Shown here piece by piece: positions 12,761 through 22,091 of a stretch of DNA of 64,000 nt (its first letter is position 1; every line of letters starts with the position of its first letter). Made by a program: the position numbers and the translations under genes. Source of the DNA: an uncultured delta proteobacterium. Lineage in GTDB: Bacteria; Myxococcota; Myxococcia; Myxococcales; Myxococcaceae. Location: the NCBI GenBank assembly GCA_963713045.1, contig CAVQKE010000005.1:1-64000 (forward strand), written 5' to 3'. Below the pieces are notes generated by a model that had not been told where the DNA came from, did no database searches, and saw nothing but the letters and a program-made list of their open reading frames with translations.

Positions 12761-12994
12761 ATGCTGTTCATCGTCGTCGAGCGCTTCAAGGACGGAAATG
12801 GCGTGGCGGTGTCCAGCACACGGGGGCGCATGCTGCCCGACGGGCTTGCCTACCGTGCCAGCTGGGTCGCGGCCACCGGCGAAGACGAAGGCCTGCTGGA
12901 CGCTTGGATGGCTGGCTGGCGCGACCTGGTCGACTTTGAAGTCGTTCCAGTCGTCTCGTCCGAGGCGATGGTGGCCCTCCATCGTGCCAGTTAG
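12761..12994 (+). CDS. DUF3303-like small protein
   Basis: MLFIVVERF..GRMLPDGL..ASWV..WRDLVDFEVVPV pattern; looks slightly short. Confidence 0.6.
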   Translation: MLFIVVERFKDGNGVAVSSTRGRMLPDGLAYRASWVAATGEDEGLLDAWMAGWRDLVDFEVVPVVSSEAMVALHRAS

Positions 12995-13012
12995 GGCCCC
13001 GCTGTCCAGCCT

Positions 13013-13768
13013 TCACCACAGGCCGAGGGAGTCGCCGGCCAGCTTCACCACCAGCCCAGAAACCACCGCCAGAAGAACGAGACGCACCAGGCGGTCGCCG
13101 CCTTGAATGGCGAGGTGGGCGCCGGCCCAGCCTCCGATGAGTTGGCCCGCGGCCATGGGGAGGGCCAGTGTCCACACCACCGTGCCGCGGGAGGCAAAGA
13201 GGAGAAGGGCCGCCAGGTTGCTGGCGGCATTGACGGCCTTGGCCTCCGCCGAAGCCTGGCGCAGCGGCAGCGCCAACAGCCCGGCGAAGCCCACCACCAG
13301 GAGGGTCCCCGTCCCCGGGCCGAAGAAGCCGTCGTAGGCGCCCGCCCCGAGAGCCAACAGCATGGCGAACAGTCGGCCGTGGGGGGCTTCGGCGCTGACT
13401 TCACGCGGCCGGACGGCCACCAGGAAGACGGCCGAGGCGAGCAGCAAACCGAGGACCAGCGGCCGTAGCACAGCGGCCTGTAGGCGTAAGACAAGCGCCG
13501 CGCCGAGCAGCGCGCCGACAAACCCAAGAGGAATGGTGAGGCGCGCCCGGGGCAACGAGACCAGGCCAGCCCGGGCGTAGCGGACAAGCGCCGCCGTCGA
13601 GCCCGCTACCGACTGGCCTTTGTTGGTGCCCAGCGCCAGCTGCGGCGGTAGCCCTACGGCCAGCAGCACCGGAAGGGTGAGGAGTCCACCTCCGCCGCCG
13701 ATGGCATCCACCAGCCCCGCGGCAATGGCAACCACCACGAGGACCGCCAGCTGCGAAGGAGTCCCCAT
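13013..13768 (-). CDS. TSUP/TauE-SafE family transporter (YfcA-like)
   Basis: AGLVDAIGGGGGL, ALGTNK, YDGFFGPGTG motifs. Confidence 0.9.
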   Translation of the reverse strand: MGTPSQLAVLVVVAIAAGLVDAIGGGGGLLTLPVLLAVGLPPQLALGTNKGQSVAGSTAALVRYARAGLVSLPRARLTIPLGFVGALLGAALVLRLQAAVLRPLVLGLLLASAVFLVAVRPREVSAEAPHGRLFAMLLALGAGAYDGFFGPGTGTLLVVGFAGLLALPLRQASAEAKAVNAASNLAALLLFASRGTVVWTLALPMAAGQLIGGWAGAHLAIQGGDRLVRLVLLAVVSGLVVKLAGDSLGLW

Positions 13769-13802
13769 GAGAGCGCTCGTCTTTTAGTAAGAGGGACTGT
13801 CC

Positions 13803-14852
13803 ATGAGCCCAACCGAAGCCCCTCCCCAGGACGTCCGGACTGCACTCGAGCAGCAGGACCCCTTCGCCCTGGCCCAGGTGGGCTCCAAGGAGGAACTGGA
13901 CCGGCTGAAGGGCGCGCTGGACCTCATCGACGCCGACGTCAAGCGGAAGCAAACCCACAACCGCTTCGCCATCGCCAGCCAAGTGTTGGTGGGCTGGGTG
14001 GCCATCGCCGGCTTCGCGGTGAATGCCTACCAAAGCTTCGCCAACAAGCAGAACCAGGAGCGCCAGGCCAAGGTGGACCAGGACCGATGGGACAAAGAAT
14101 TTCAACGGGCGCGGGAGGCGGACAAGTACCGCTCCTTCTTCGAGTCCTCCATGCTGGCCACCGACCAAACCAACTCCGACAAGCGGATGGTGGGCTACGC
14201 GCTGCTGCAGGAATTCGTCCGTGACGAGGCCTACAACGCCAAGGCCACCCGGATGCTGGAGGAGTCACTGGTCGAGGAGCTGAACACCAACACCGACAAG
14301 GGCATCGATGAGCCGCACCGCAACGCGGTGGTGGCCATCGTCACCGCACTGGCCGACTCGAGCGACTGCCATGCCCTGACCAGCGCCGCCAAAAGCTTCG
14401 ACCGCGTGGCCAAGCGCCATGCCAAGTTTGGTGACGCCGAGGAGACGAGCGAGATTTTCAAAGTGTACGTAAGACGCCTGGTCGGCCACGCCGCCGTGGC
14501 GTGTGAAAAGCGGCCGGAGGACTTCAAAAACGTCCGCCGCCCGATGCGCGACACCCTGATGAAACAGCCGGACATTCTCGGGTTGAAGGCGCCGGTCACC
14601 ATCTCCCTGGCCAACACCCGTTTGGCCGAGGCCCTGCGGGACCGCTGCTTGGAGGACATGGCGGTGAGCGGCGCCAGCGACTGCCCAGAAATTTTCAAGA
14701 GTTACGTCGCCCTCTGCCAACAGCCGGGGATGAATGCCCCGGACGAGGCCGGGGCGTGTGCCGTCCTTCGCGAGGCGGATGAAAAAGTGGAGGCCGGAAC
14801 GGCAGTGGCCACCACCGTCCCAGCCGCCGCCGTCGACGGGGGCAAGCCCTAG
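13803..14852 (+). CDS. Hypothetical single-pass membrane protein with Cys-containing helical C-terminal region
   Basis: 349-aa ORF with coding-like codon usage, GAGGGA RBS, one hydrophobic helix (~aa 55-76), six Cys. Confidence 0.7.
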   Translation: MSPTEAPPQDVRTALEQQDPFALAQVGSKEELDRLKGALDLIDADVKRKQTHNRFAIASQVLVGWVAIAGFAVNAYQSFANKQNQERQAKVDQDRWDKEFQRAREADKYRSFFESSMLATDQTNSDKRMVGYALLQEFVRDEAYNAKATRMLEESLVEELNTNTDKGIDEPHRNAVVAIVTALADSSDCHALTSAAKSFDRVAKRHAKFGDAEETSEIFKVYVRRLVGHAAVACEKRPEDFKNVRRPMRDTLMKQPDILGLKAPVTISLANTRLAEALRDRCLEDMAVSGASDCPEIFKSYVALCQQPGMNAPDEAGACAVLREADEKVEAGTAVATTVPAAAVDGGKP

Positions 14853-14865
14853 GCGCCTTGCTTTG

Positions 14866-15900
14866 GTGAGTCGACACCCGCAACTGGAGTTGTTTGCGGA
14901 GGCGCCCTGGGCCCCCCAGCCACCTCGGCCACCCGAGCCGGCCGCGGTGTCCGCCGAGGTGGTCGACCTCGGCGCGCGCCTGCCGACCCAGGTGCGCCTT
15001 GGGACGTCCTCCTGGTCCTTCCCTGGCTGGACGGGCCTGGTCTACGCCCGGGAGGCAAGCCAGCTGGAGTTGGCCCGCGCCGGCCTCCCGGCCTATGCCC
15101 GCCACCCCCTCTTCCGGACGGTAGGCATCGACCGCACCTTTTATGGGCCCGTGCCGGCGGAGACGTTTCGCGGGTGGGCCGAGGCCGTACCGGAGGACTT
15201 CCGCTTTTTGGCCAAGGCCCATGAGGAGCTGACCCTCAGCACCTTCCCGCACCGGCCGCGCTATGGCGTCCGCAAAGGGGCGCGCAACCCGCGCTTTCTG
15301 GACAGCCGCTATGCCGCGGACGCCGTCGTCGGGCCCTTCGTCGAAGGTTTGGGGGGTAAGGCCGGCCCATTGGTGTTTCAATTTCCGCCGCAGGACGTCG
15401 GCCAGCTGGGCGGAGCGCCCCGCTTTGCCGAACGGCTGCACGGCTTTCTCGCCGCCTTGCCCAAGGGGCCCCTGTACGGCGTCGAAGTGCGAAACCGAGA
15501 GTTGCTGTCAGAGGACGTTGCCCAGGCGCTGGCGGCGGAGAAAGTCATCCCGGTGCTCGCGGCCTGGGGGCCCATGCCGCAGGTGCAAAGGCAGGCCGAG
15601 GCGCTGCACGCCGACCGCGCGCAGGCGCTGGTGGTGCGGTGGATGCTGCATCCGGGCCTCGCGTACGAGGAGGCGCGGGAGTTGTACGCCCCCTTTGACC
15701 GGCTGGCCCAGCAGGACGTGGCCACCCGCACCGCCATTGCGGAACTCGCGGCGGACGCCTTCCAAGCCCAGCGGGACGTCTACGTCACCATCAACAACAA
15801 AGCCGAGGGAAGCGCGCCCGCCTCCGCCGAGCATCTGGCGCGCGCGGTGGTGCGCCGGCTGTCGGCCGAGGGCCAAGGGCGCCCGGGAGAGGCCCGCTGA
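14866..15900 (+). CDS. DUF72 family protein
   Basis: RLGTSSWSFPGW, VGIDRTFY, FLAKA, LVFQFPP, YVTINNKAEGSAP. Confidence 0.9.
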   Translation: MSRHPQLELFAEAPWAPQPPRPPEPAAVSAEVVDLGARLPTQVRLGTSSWSFPGWTGLVYAREASQLELARAGLPAYARHPLFRTVGIDRTFYGPVPAETFRGWAEAVPEDFRFLAKAHEELTLSTFPHRPRYGVRKGARNPRFLDSRYAADAVVGPFVEGLGGKAGPLVFQFPPQDVGQLGGAPRFAERLHGFLAALPKGPLYGVEVRNRELLSEDVAQALAAEKVIPVLAAWGPMPQVQRQAEALHADRAQALVVRWMLHPGLAYEEARELYAPFDRLAQQDVATRTAIAELAADAFQAQRDVYVTINNKAEGSAPASAEHLARAVVRRLSAEGQGRPGEAR

Positions 15901-16646
15901 GCGCGCGGGCGGCATGGTGTGGGCTGGCAGGGTTGGCCCTTCTTTGGGCTGGGTGCCGGCGGCCGACGCCACCACCCCCTCTCGTGGCCGAGGCCGTCGC
16001 CGCGCGCGGCGGGGCGGAACGTCTCCACGACGTGCAGTCCTTGCGTCTGGTGGGAAGGCTGTCCATGGGGACGGCGGTGGGCTCCCTGCGGGTGGAATGG
16101 AAGCGACCCGGACGCATGCGGATGGAGGTGGGCCTGGCCGAGGGGACGGTGCTGCGCCTCGTCGACGGTGCCAGCGGCTGGACGTCCAAAAACGCCGCCC
16201 TGGTGCCCTTGCAGCCGATGTCCGAGGCCGAGTTGGGGAGAGCCCGGCGCGAAGCGGACATGGATGGCCCGCTGGTGGACTCCGCCGCCAAGGGCATCCG
16301 CTTCGCCCTGGCTGACAGCCCCGGTACCGTGTTGGGCAAGCCGGCGGACGCGCTGGACGTTTACTTCCCCGACGGGACGGTGCAGCGCTACTACCTCGAC
16401 GCGGCGACGCATGCGCCGTTGGGCTGGGACGAGACGCGGCGCGTGGACGGCAAACCGTGGGTGGAAGAAACGCGCTTCTACCGCAGCCAGCGCGTGGAGG
16501 GCGTGCTGTTTCCCGTCGCCCTGTCCTCCGCAGTGCGGGGCGCAAAAAGCGCAATCCACATCACCATCGACACGGTGGAAGTGAACCCTCTGATTCCAGA
16601 CGTCCTGTTTCGCCCCATCTCCCCGGCCAGCGGGCCCAAGCGCTGA
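15897..16646 (+). CDS. Lipoprotein, LolA-like/outer-membrane sorting fold
   Basis: Lipobox LWAG-C; AVAARGG, EWKRPGRMRME, beta-rich; start uncertain (CTG 15897 or TTG 15933). Confidence 0.6.
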   Translation: MSARAAWCGLAGLALLWAGCRRPTPPPPLVAEAVAARGGAERLHDVQSLRLVGRLSMGTAVGSLRVEWKRPGRMRMEVGLAEGTVLRLVDGASGWTSKNAALVPLQPMSEAELGRARREADMDGPLVDSAAKGIRFALADSPGTVLGKPADALDVYFPDGTVQRYYLDAATHAPLGWDETRRVDGKPWVEETRFYRSQRVEGVLFPVALSSAVRGAKSAIHITIDTVEVNPLIPDVLFRPISPASGPKR

Positions 16647-16658
16647 GGCTTCCAGCAT

Positions 16659-17138
16659 TCAACTGGGCGGCGTCGGCTCTCGCCTGAGGAAGAGGACGCG
16701 GGCCGTCATCGTCATCACGGTTTCGCCCTTCTGGTTGGTGCAGCTGTAGGTCAGGCGGATGCTGCCGCGGTCGGGCTTACTTTTGGAGGGTGTCGCTTCG
16801 AGAATTTCCACTTGGACGCTGAGCGCATCCCCAGGCCGCACCGGCTTCAGCCACTTCAACTCATCCAGACCCGGGCTTCCCATGCTGCTGGACTGGGCCA
16901 GCATGCCGTCCACCACCAGCCGCATGCACAAAGCGGCGGTCTGCCAGCCGCTGGCAATCAGACCACCAAAGGGGGAGCGCGCCGCCGCCTCCTCGTCAAT
17001 GTGGAAGGGCTGGGGGTCCCAGTCCCGCCCGAAGGCGACAATCTCCTCCTTCGTCAAGACCCGCGGTCCGAAGAACCGCCGGTCGCCAGGCTTGAAGTCC
17101 TCGAAAGCGAGGGGACGTCCTGTGTCCGGGCCACTCAC
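16659..17138 (-). CDS. MaoC-family dehydratase
   Basis: WDPQPFHIDEEAA, GLIASGWQT, WLKPVRPGD. Confidence 0.9.
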   Translation of the reverse strand: MSGPDTGRPLAFEDFKPGDRRFFGPRVLTKEEIVAFGRDWDPQPFHIDEEAAARSPFGGLIASGWQTAALCMRLVVDGMLAQSSSMGSPGLDELKWLKPVRPGDALSVQVEILEATPSKSKPDRGSIRLTYSCTNQKGETVMTMTARVLFLRREPTPPS

Positions 17139-17187
17139 CGTCCGGCACTCCTTTCGTCGGGTGCGTCTGTCCCGCTAGCGTAGCGAC

Positions 17188-18063
17188 ATGGGAAGTCCGA
17201 TGCTTGCCATCATCGGCGGCAGCGGCCTCGGCGAGGCCCTGGGCGCCCTGGGCGGAACCGCGACGGCGGTGGACACGCCCTTCGGGCCGCCGTCTGGCCC
17301 AATTGTCCTCACCACCTTGGAAGGGGTGAAGGTGGCGCTGCTGGCGCGCCACGGCCCAGGCCACATCTACAACCCCAGCCGCGTCCCCTCCCGGGCCAAC
17401 ATTTTTGCCCTCAAGACGTTGGGGGTGACGCACGTGCTGGCCAGCGCCGCGGTGGGCTCGCTGCACGAAGACGTCCGGCCCCGCGAACTCGTCATTCCGG
17501 ACCAAGTCATCGACAAGACGTACCGTCGGCCGGGCACCTTCTTCGAGGAGCTGGTGGTCCACGTGGAGTTTGCCGTCCCCTTCTGCCCCACGCTGCGGAC
17601 GGCACTGCTCGGGCTCCCCAGCAAAACCAAGGTGCATCCGCGGGGCACCTACGTCTGCATGGAAGGGCCGCAATTCTCCACCCGGGCGGAAAGCGAACTG
17701 CACCGTTCCTGGGGAGCGGACCTCATCGGCATGACGCTGCTCCCCGAGGCAAAGCTCGCCCGCGAGGCGGAGCTCTGCTACGCGGCGGTGTGCCTGCCCA
17801 CCGACTATGACTGCTGGCGGCCGACGCCGGATGACTTGGACAAGCACGCCCTGCTTGGGGAAATTCTCAGCAACCTCCAGGCGGCCACCGCCGCGGCCCT
17901 GGCCCTCCTCCGCCTGGCGGTGCCGGCGGTGAAGGCGCTGGGCGAGCGGCCCTGCACCTGCCAAAGCGCGCTGGCCCAGGCCATTTGGACGCAGCCCTCG
18001 GCCATTCCCGAGGAAGTGCGGACCCGACTGCGCCCCCTGTTGGGCCGCTACCTGGAGTCCTGA
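17188..18063 (+). CDS. mtnP: S-methyl-5'-thioadenosine phosphorylase
   Basis: IIGGSG, LARHGPGH, CMEGPQFSTRAES, GMTLLPEAKLARE, TDYDCW. Confidence 0.92.
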   Translation: MGSPMLAIIGGSGLGEALGALGGTATAVDTPFGPPSGPIVLTTLEGVKVALLARHGPGHIYNPSRVPSRANIFALKTLGVTHVLASAAVGSLHEDVRPRELVIPDQVIDKTYRRPGTFFEELVVHVEFAVPFCPTLRTALLGLPSKTKVHPRGTYVCMEGPQFSTRAESELHRSWGADLIGMTLLPEAKLAREAELCYAAVCLPTDYDCWRPTPDDLDKHALLGEILSNLQAATAAALALLRLAVPAVKALGERPCTCQSALAQAIWTQPSAIPEEVRTRLRPLLGRYLES

Positions 18064-19128
18064 CTGCGGCGGCTGGTGCTGGTGGGGGCGGCGCACGCGC
18101 ACCTGTTGGTGGTGGCCCGGCTGGCACGCTCGCCGCTTCCCGGGGTGGAGGTGCACTGGGTGACGCGCCTCGCCCGCGTCGCCTACAGCGGCATGCTGTC
18201 CGGCTGGGTGGCCGGAGAATACCCGGCCGAGGCCTGTACGGTGGACCTCGCCCCCTTGGCGGCCGCCGCCGGGCTGCAGCTTCACGCCGGTGGCGCCACT
18301 GCAGTCGACGCCGCCCGTCGCACCGTGACGCTGGGCGACGGCACCCAGCTGGAGGCGGACGTGCTTTCCTTGGGTGTGGGCGCGGCGATGCGCGGGGCAC
18401 AGCTGCCCGGCGTGCAGGCCCACGCCGTGGACGTGAAGGCACGGCTGGCCCGCCTGGAGGCGCTGCCCGTCGCGGCCGGCCCCTGGGTGGTGGTGGGCGC
18501 TGGCCTGGGCGGCGTGGAATTGGCGCTGTGTCTGCGCGCTGTCGCCGCCAACGTCAGCCTGGTGGCGGAGGAAGGCGTCGGCGCTCCCGAGGGGCCACCG
18601 GCGCTGGTGCGGGCAGTCGGACAGGCGCTGGTGCGCCGCGGCGTCGCGCTGGTGCCGGGCCGGGCAACCGCCGTCACCCCCGCCGCCGTCCTTCTGGCCG
18701 GCGGTCAGGCCGTCCCAGCCGCGGGGGTGCTGTGGGCCACCGGCCCCGCCCCCCACCCTCTGCTTGCAGGCACGGGCCTTCAGCTGGGGGCGATGGGTGG
18801 GGTGCAGGTGGACGGGACACTGCAAAGCACCTCCCACCCCGACGTCTTCGCCACCGGGGACTGCGCCGACTTACCAACCCCGGTCCCCAAGTCCGGCGTC
18901 TACTCCGTTCGCGAGGCCCCGGTGCTGCTGCACAACCTCGGCGCCGCGCTTGCCGGTCAGGCCTTGCGCACCTACCGGCCCCAGCGTCGGGCGCTGGCCC
19001 TCCTCAACTGCGGGGATGGCACGGCGCTGTTGGCCTGGGACGGCTTCGCCGCCGGCGGGCGCCTGTTCCGCGCCTGGAAGCACCGGCTGGACATGCAGTT
19101 TATGACGCGGCTGCGGCCCGCCGGCTAG
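18064..19128 (+). CDS. FAD-dependent pyridine nucleotide-disulfide oxidoreductase resembling the N-terminal domain of long SelD fusions
   Basis: RLVLVGAAHAH, AYSGMLSG, VVGAGLGGVELA, VFATGDCA, PKSGVYSVR, WKHRLDMQFM. Confidence 0.8.
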   Translation: MRRLVLVGAAHAHLLVVARLARSPLPGVEVHWVTRLARVAYSGMLSGWVAGEYPAEACTVDLAPLAAAAGLQLHAGGATAVDAARRTVTLGDGTQLEADVLSLGVGAAMRGAQLPGVQAHAVDVKARLARLEALPVAAGPWVVVGAGLGGVELALCLRAVAANVSLVAEEGVGAPEGPPALVRAVGQALVRRGVALVPGRATAVTPAAVLLAGGQAVPAAGVLWATGPAPHPLLAGTGLQLGAMGGVQVDGTLQSTSHPDVFATGDCADLPTPVPKSGVYSVREAPVLLHNLGAALAGQALRTYRPQRRALALLNCGDGTALLAWDGFAAGGRLFRAWKHRLDMQFMTRLRPAG

Positions 19129-20460
19129 TCAGCGCACCGTCCCGTAGAAGCGCTCCAAAAGGCTGGGGCGCACGCCAAGGCGGTAGAGGGCAGGAAAGCT
19201 ATTCCAATACAGAAGCGTCCGCAGCGGCCGGCGCAAGAAGCGCCGTCCGGACACCGTCACCCGGGCGGACAGACGCGCCACCCGGCCAATGGCCCGCAGG
19301 CGCTGGGCCAGCTCGACATCCTCCAGCAGCGGCTGTTGCGGAAAGCCGCCCACCTTTTGGAAGGCGGCCTTGCGCACACTGACGGCCTGGTCTCCGTACG
19401 GCAGCTGCGTCCAACGCGAGCGCAAGTCCGCCACCGGAAGCAGCACCGCGCCCCAGCTGCGTCCCACGTCGTCCACGGTGCGGGTGCGGAAGGCACAGGC
19501 CACCACCGAGGGTTGTGCCAACGCGCGGGCGATGTGGCGGACGGCGTCTCGGGGCAGGGTGACGTCGGCGTGGAGGAAGCACAGCACCTCGCCGCGGGCG
19601 GCTGCGGCGCCGGCATTCATTTGGTGAGCGCGCCCTCGCGGGGCGGTCAGCAGCCGGACGCCAGGGACGGCGCGCGCGATGGCCGGCGTGCGGTCGCTGC
19701 TGCCGCCGTCCACCACCACCACCTCGTCCACCCCGGGCAACCCCACCAGCCGCCGCAAAAAGACGTCCAGGCGCTCCGCCTCGTCCAGCACCGGCACCAC
19801 CACCGAAAACCACGGTGGGAGGGCCAGTGTCCCCAGCACCTCGGCGGTGTGGCGCGCCAGCAGCGCGCCCTCGGAAAGCTCCACCCGCAACCGCGAAACG
19901 TCCGCCGGCCAGTCGACGTCAAACCACGACTGGGTACGCACCACCGAAAAACCGCGCGCCCGCAGTCGGCCTTCGGTGGCCGACAGCACTTGAGGGCCAC
20001 TCCAGGGCAGCCCTTCGAAAAGGCCCGGTGGGCAGCGGCGCAGGCCGATTAAGGCCACACCCCCGTCCGCTGCCGGGGTGAGGACCGCGTGGCCTCGCCT
20101 GAGGCCGGCGATGGCTTCGGCCAACAGCGCCGAAGGAAAGCCGGCCGTGTCGCTGCCCACCGCCGCCACCGCGGGCGCCCGCACCAGGGCCGCGCCCAGC
20201 ACCCTTTCCAAGCGCTGGCCCAAGTCTCCCGTCCCTTGGGGCACCAACGGGAGGCCCCGCCCCTGGAAGGCCTCCACGTCGTCCACCGCCAGAATCGGCG
20301 CGACCCGCCCGTCGGCCAGCAGCGCCTCCAGCGTGTCTTCCAGCAGCGCACTGGCCAGCCGCGCGGCGCCGTCGGCCCCGATGGCCGAAATCAGACGCGT
20401 CTTCACCTGGCCGGCCACCGGCGCCTTGGAAAACACGTACACCGGAAGGGGAGTGCCCAT
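19129..20460 (-). CDS. Fused DUF2064 (TIGR04282-like) + GT2 (TIGR04283-like) glycosyltransferase
   Basis: N-half KAPVAGQVKTRL, QGTGDLGQRL, GSD, PAADGG, FDVD; C-half SVVVPVLDE, VVDGGSSD, RAHQMNAGA, FLHAD, PYGDQ, LLEDV. Confidence 0.85.
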   Translation of the reverse strand: MGTPLPVYVFSKAPVAGQVKTRLISAIGADGAARLASALLEDTLEALLADGRVAPILAVDDVEAFQGRGLPLVPQGTGDLGQRLERVLGAALVRAPAVAAVGSDTAGFPSALLAEAIAGLRRGHAVLTPAADGGVALIGLRRCPPGLFEGLPWSGPQVLSATEGRLRARGFSVVRTQSWFDVDWPADVSRLRVELSEGALLARHTAEVLGTLALPPWFSVVVPVLDEAERLDVFLRRLVGLPGVDEVVVVDGGSSDRTPAIARAVPGVRLLTAPRGRAHQMNAGAAAARGEVLCFLHADVTLPRDAVRHIARALAQPSVVACAFRTRTVDDVGRSWGAVLLPVADLRSRWTQLPYGDQAVSVRKAAFQKVGGFPQQPLLEDVELAQRLRAIGRVARLSARVTVSGRRFLRRPLRTLLYWNSFPALYRLGVRPSLLERFYGTVR

Positions 20461-20462
20461 GC

Positions 20463-21981
20463 TTAGCGCTGGACGCTGAGGACGGCCTTCAACAGCGCGC
20501 GGGCCCCCGGCGTCAACCGACGCGCTTTCCATGCGTCCCCTAACTTCTTCCAGGCCTCGGCTTGCGTCGGGTAGGGGTGAATGGTGTCCGCCAGCGCCCC
20601 CATGCGCAAGCCCAGCCGGACGGCCACCGCCACCTCCCCAATGCTTTCCCCGGCATGCCGCGACACCAGCGTGGCACCGAGGAGGCGGCCTGAAGCCGCA
20701 TCGACATGCACCCGCGCGAACCCGGCCGTCTGCTCGTCGAGGATGGCCCTGTCATTGGCCGCCATTTCCGTGGTGAGGGTGACGGACGCGGCTGCCGGCG
20801 GCGTAGGCCTCCTCCGCGCCCAGGCCGACGTGCGCCACTTCGGGCTCGGTGAAGGTGCACCACGGCACGTGCAGGGCCGAAAGCCGCTTCTTGCCGAGGA
20901 AGAGGGCATTCTGGAGCGCCAGCCGGGCCATGGCGTCCGCGGCGTGGGTGAAGGCCCAGCGCCCGGCGACATCTCCGGCCGCGTAGACGCGGGCATTGCT
21001 GGTGCGGAGAAAGTCGTCGAGGGCTGGGTACTCTCCGTCGAGGCGAATGCCCGCCGCCTCCAGGCCCAAGGCCCCCAGCGCCGGGGCCCGTCCGGTGGCC
21101 AGGAGGATTTCGTCCACTTCCAAGCGGAGCGCCTCGCCGTGTCGCAGCGCGTGCAGCACTTTGCCGCCGGCCGTTTTCTCCACCCGCGTCAGCTGCGTGT
21201 CCAGGTACAGCTGCAACTCCTCGGAGAGGGTGCCGGCCAGGACGTCGCTGGCCTCCGGGTCATCCCTCGGCAACAGCCGGTTCCCGTCGGTGAGGAGTGT
21301 CACCTCAAGGCCCAAGCGGGCCATGCCTTGGGCCAACTCGCAGCCCTGCGGGCCGCCTCCCACCACCGCCAGCCGGCGCGGCGCCCGCGTCAGTCCGAAG
21401 ACGGTGGCGTGGGTCAGGTAGCCGACCGTCTCCAGGCCCGCGATGTTGGGCAGGCGCGCCCGGGTGCCGGTGGCCAACAGGGCTTTGCGGAAGCGCAGCG
21501 TCTGTCCAGCACATTCCACCGCGTCCTGCGCACTGAAGCGGGCCGCCCCCAGGTGGACGTCCACGCCCGCCTCGCGCAGGCGCGCCGCGGCGTCATTTGG
21601 GGCAATGTCCGCGCGCAGTCGCCGGACCCGTTCCAAGACGGCCGCGAAATCCACCTCCACGTCCTTGGTTTCCACGCCGAAGGCCGCCGCTTCCTGCGCC
21701 TCATGGGCCAGGTGCGCGCTGCGCAAAAGCGCCTTGCTGGGAACGCAGCCGTAGACGAGGCAGTCCCCTCCCAACAGGCCGCGCTCGCACAAGGCCACCT
21801 TGGCCCCCAGCGCGGCCGCGCCCACCGAAGCCACCAAGCCGGCCGGGCCGCCGCCGAGGACAACCAAGTCATAGCGGCGGGGCGGGGCGGGGTTCGCCCA
21901 GTCCGGGGGGTGGACGAGGGCCACCAGGCGGCGGTCCTCGCCCCCCTCCGCGAGGAGCCCTTCAAAGGTGGGGGAGTCCAA
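20463..21981 (-). CDS. Class I pyridine nucleotide-disulfide oxidoreductase (mercuric-reductase-like, no C-terminal Cys pair); frameshift near 20790
   Basis: GGGPAG, GGDCLVYGCVPSK redox disulfide, YAAGD, FTHAA, IHPYPTQAE. Confidence 0.85.
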
Positions 21982-22091
21982 ACCGGCTGGCAGCGTGGAC
22001 GAGTCCGCGCGAGGCGTCCAGGCCCAAAACACAGACCCCGGGGGGGAGGCGCGGCGGGCCGGTCCGCCGTCGGGGGGCCCCGCCCCGGGGG

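Noticed and set aside
20463..21981. Mercury resistance (merA)
   Set aside because: No C-terminal Cys-Cys pair, no NmerA domain and no merR/T/P genes.
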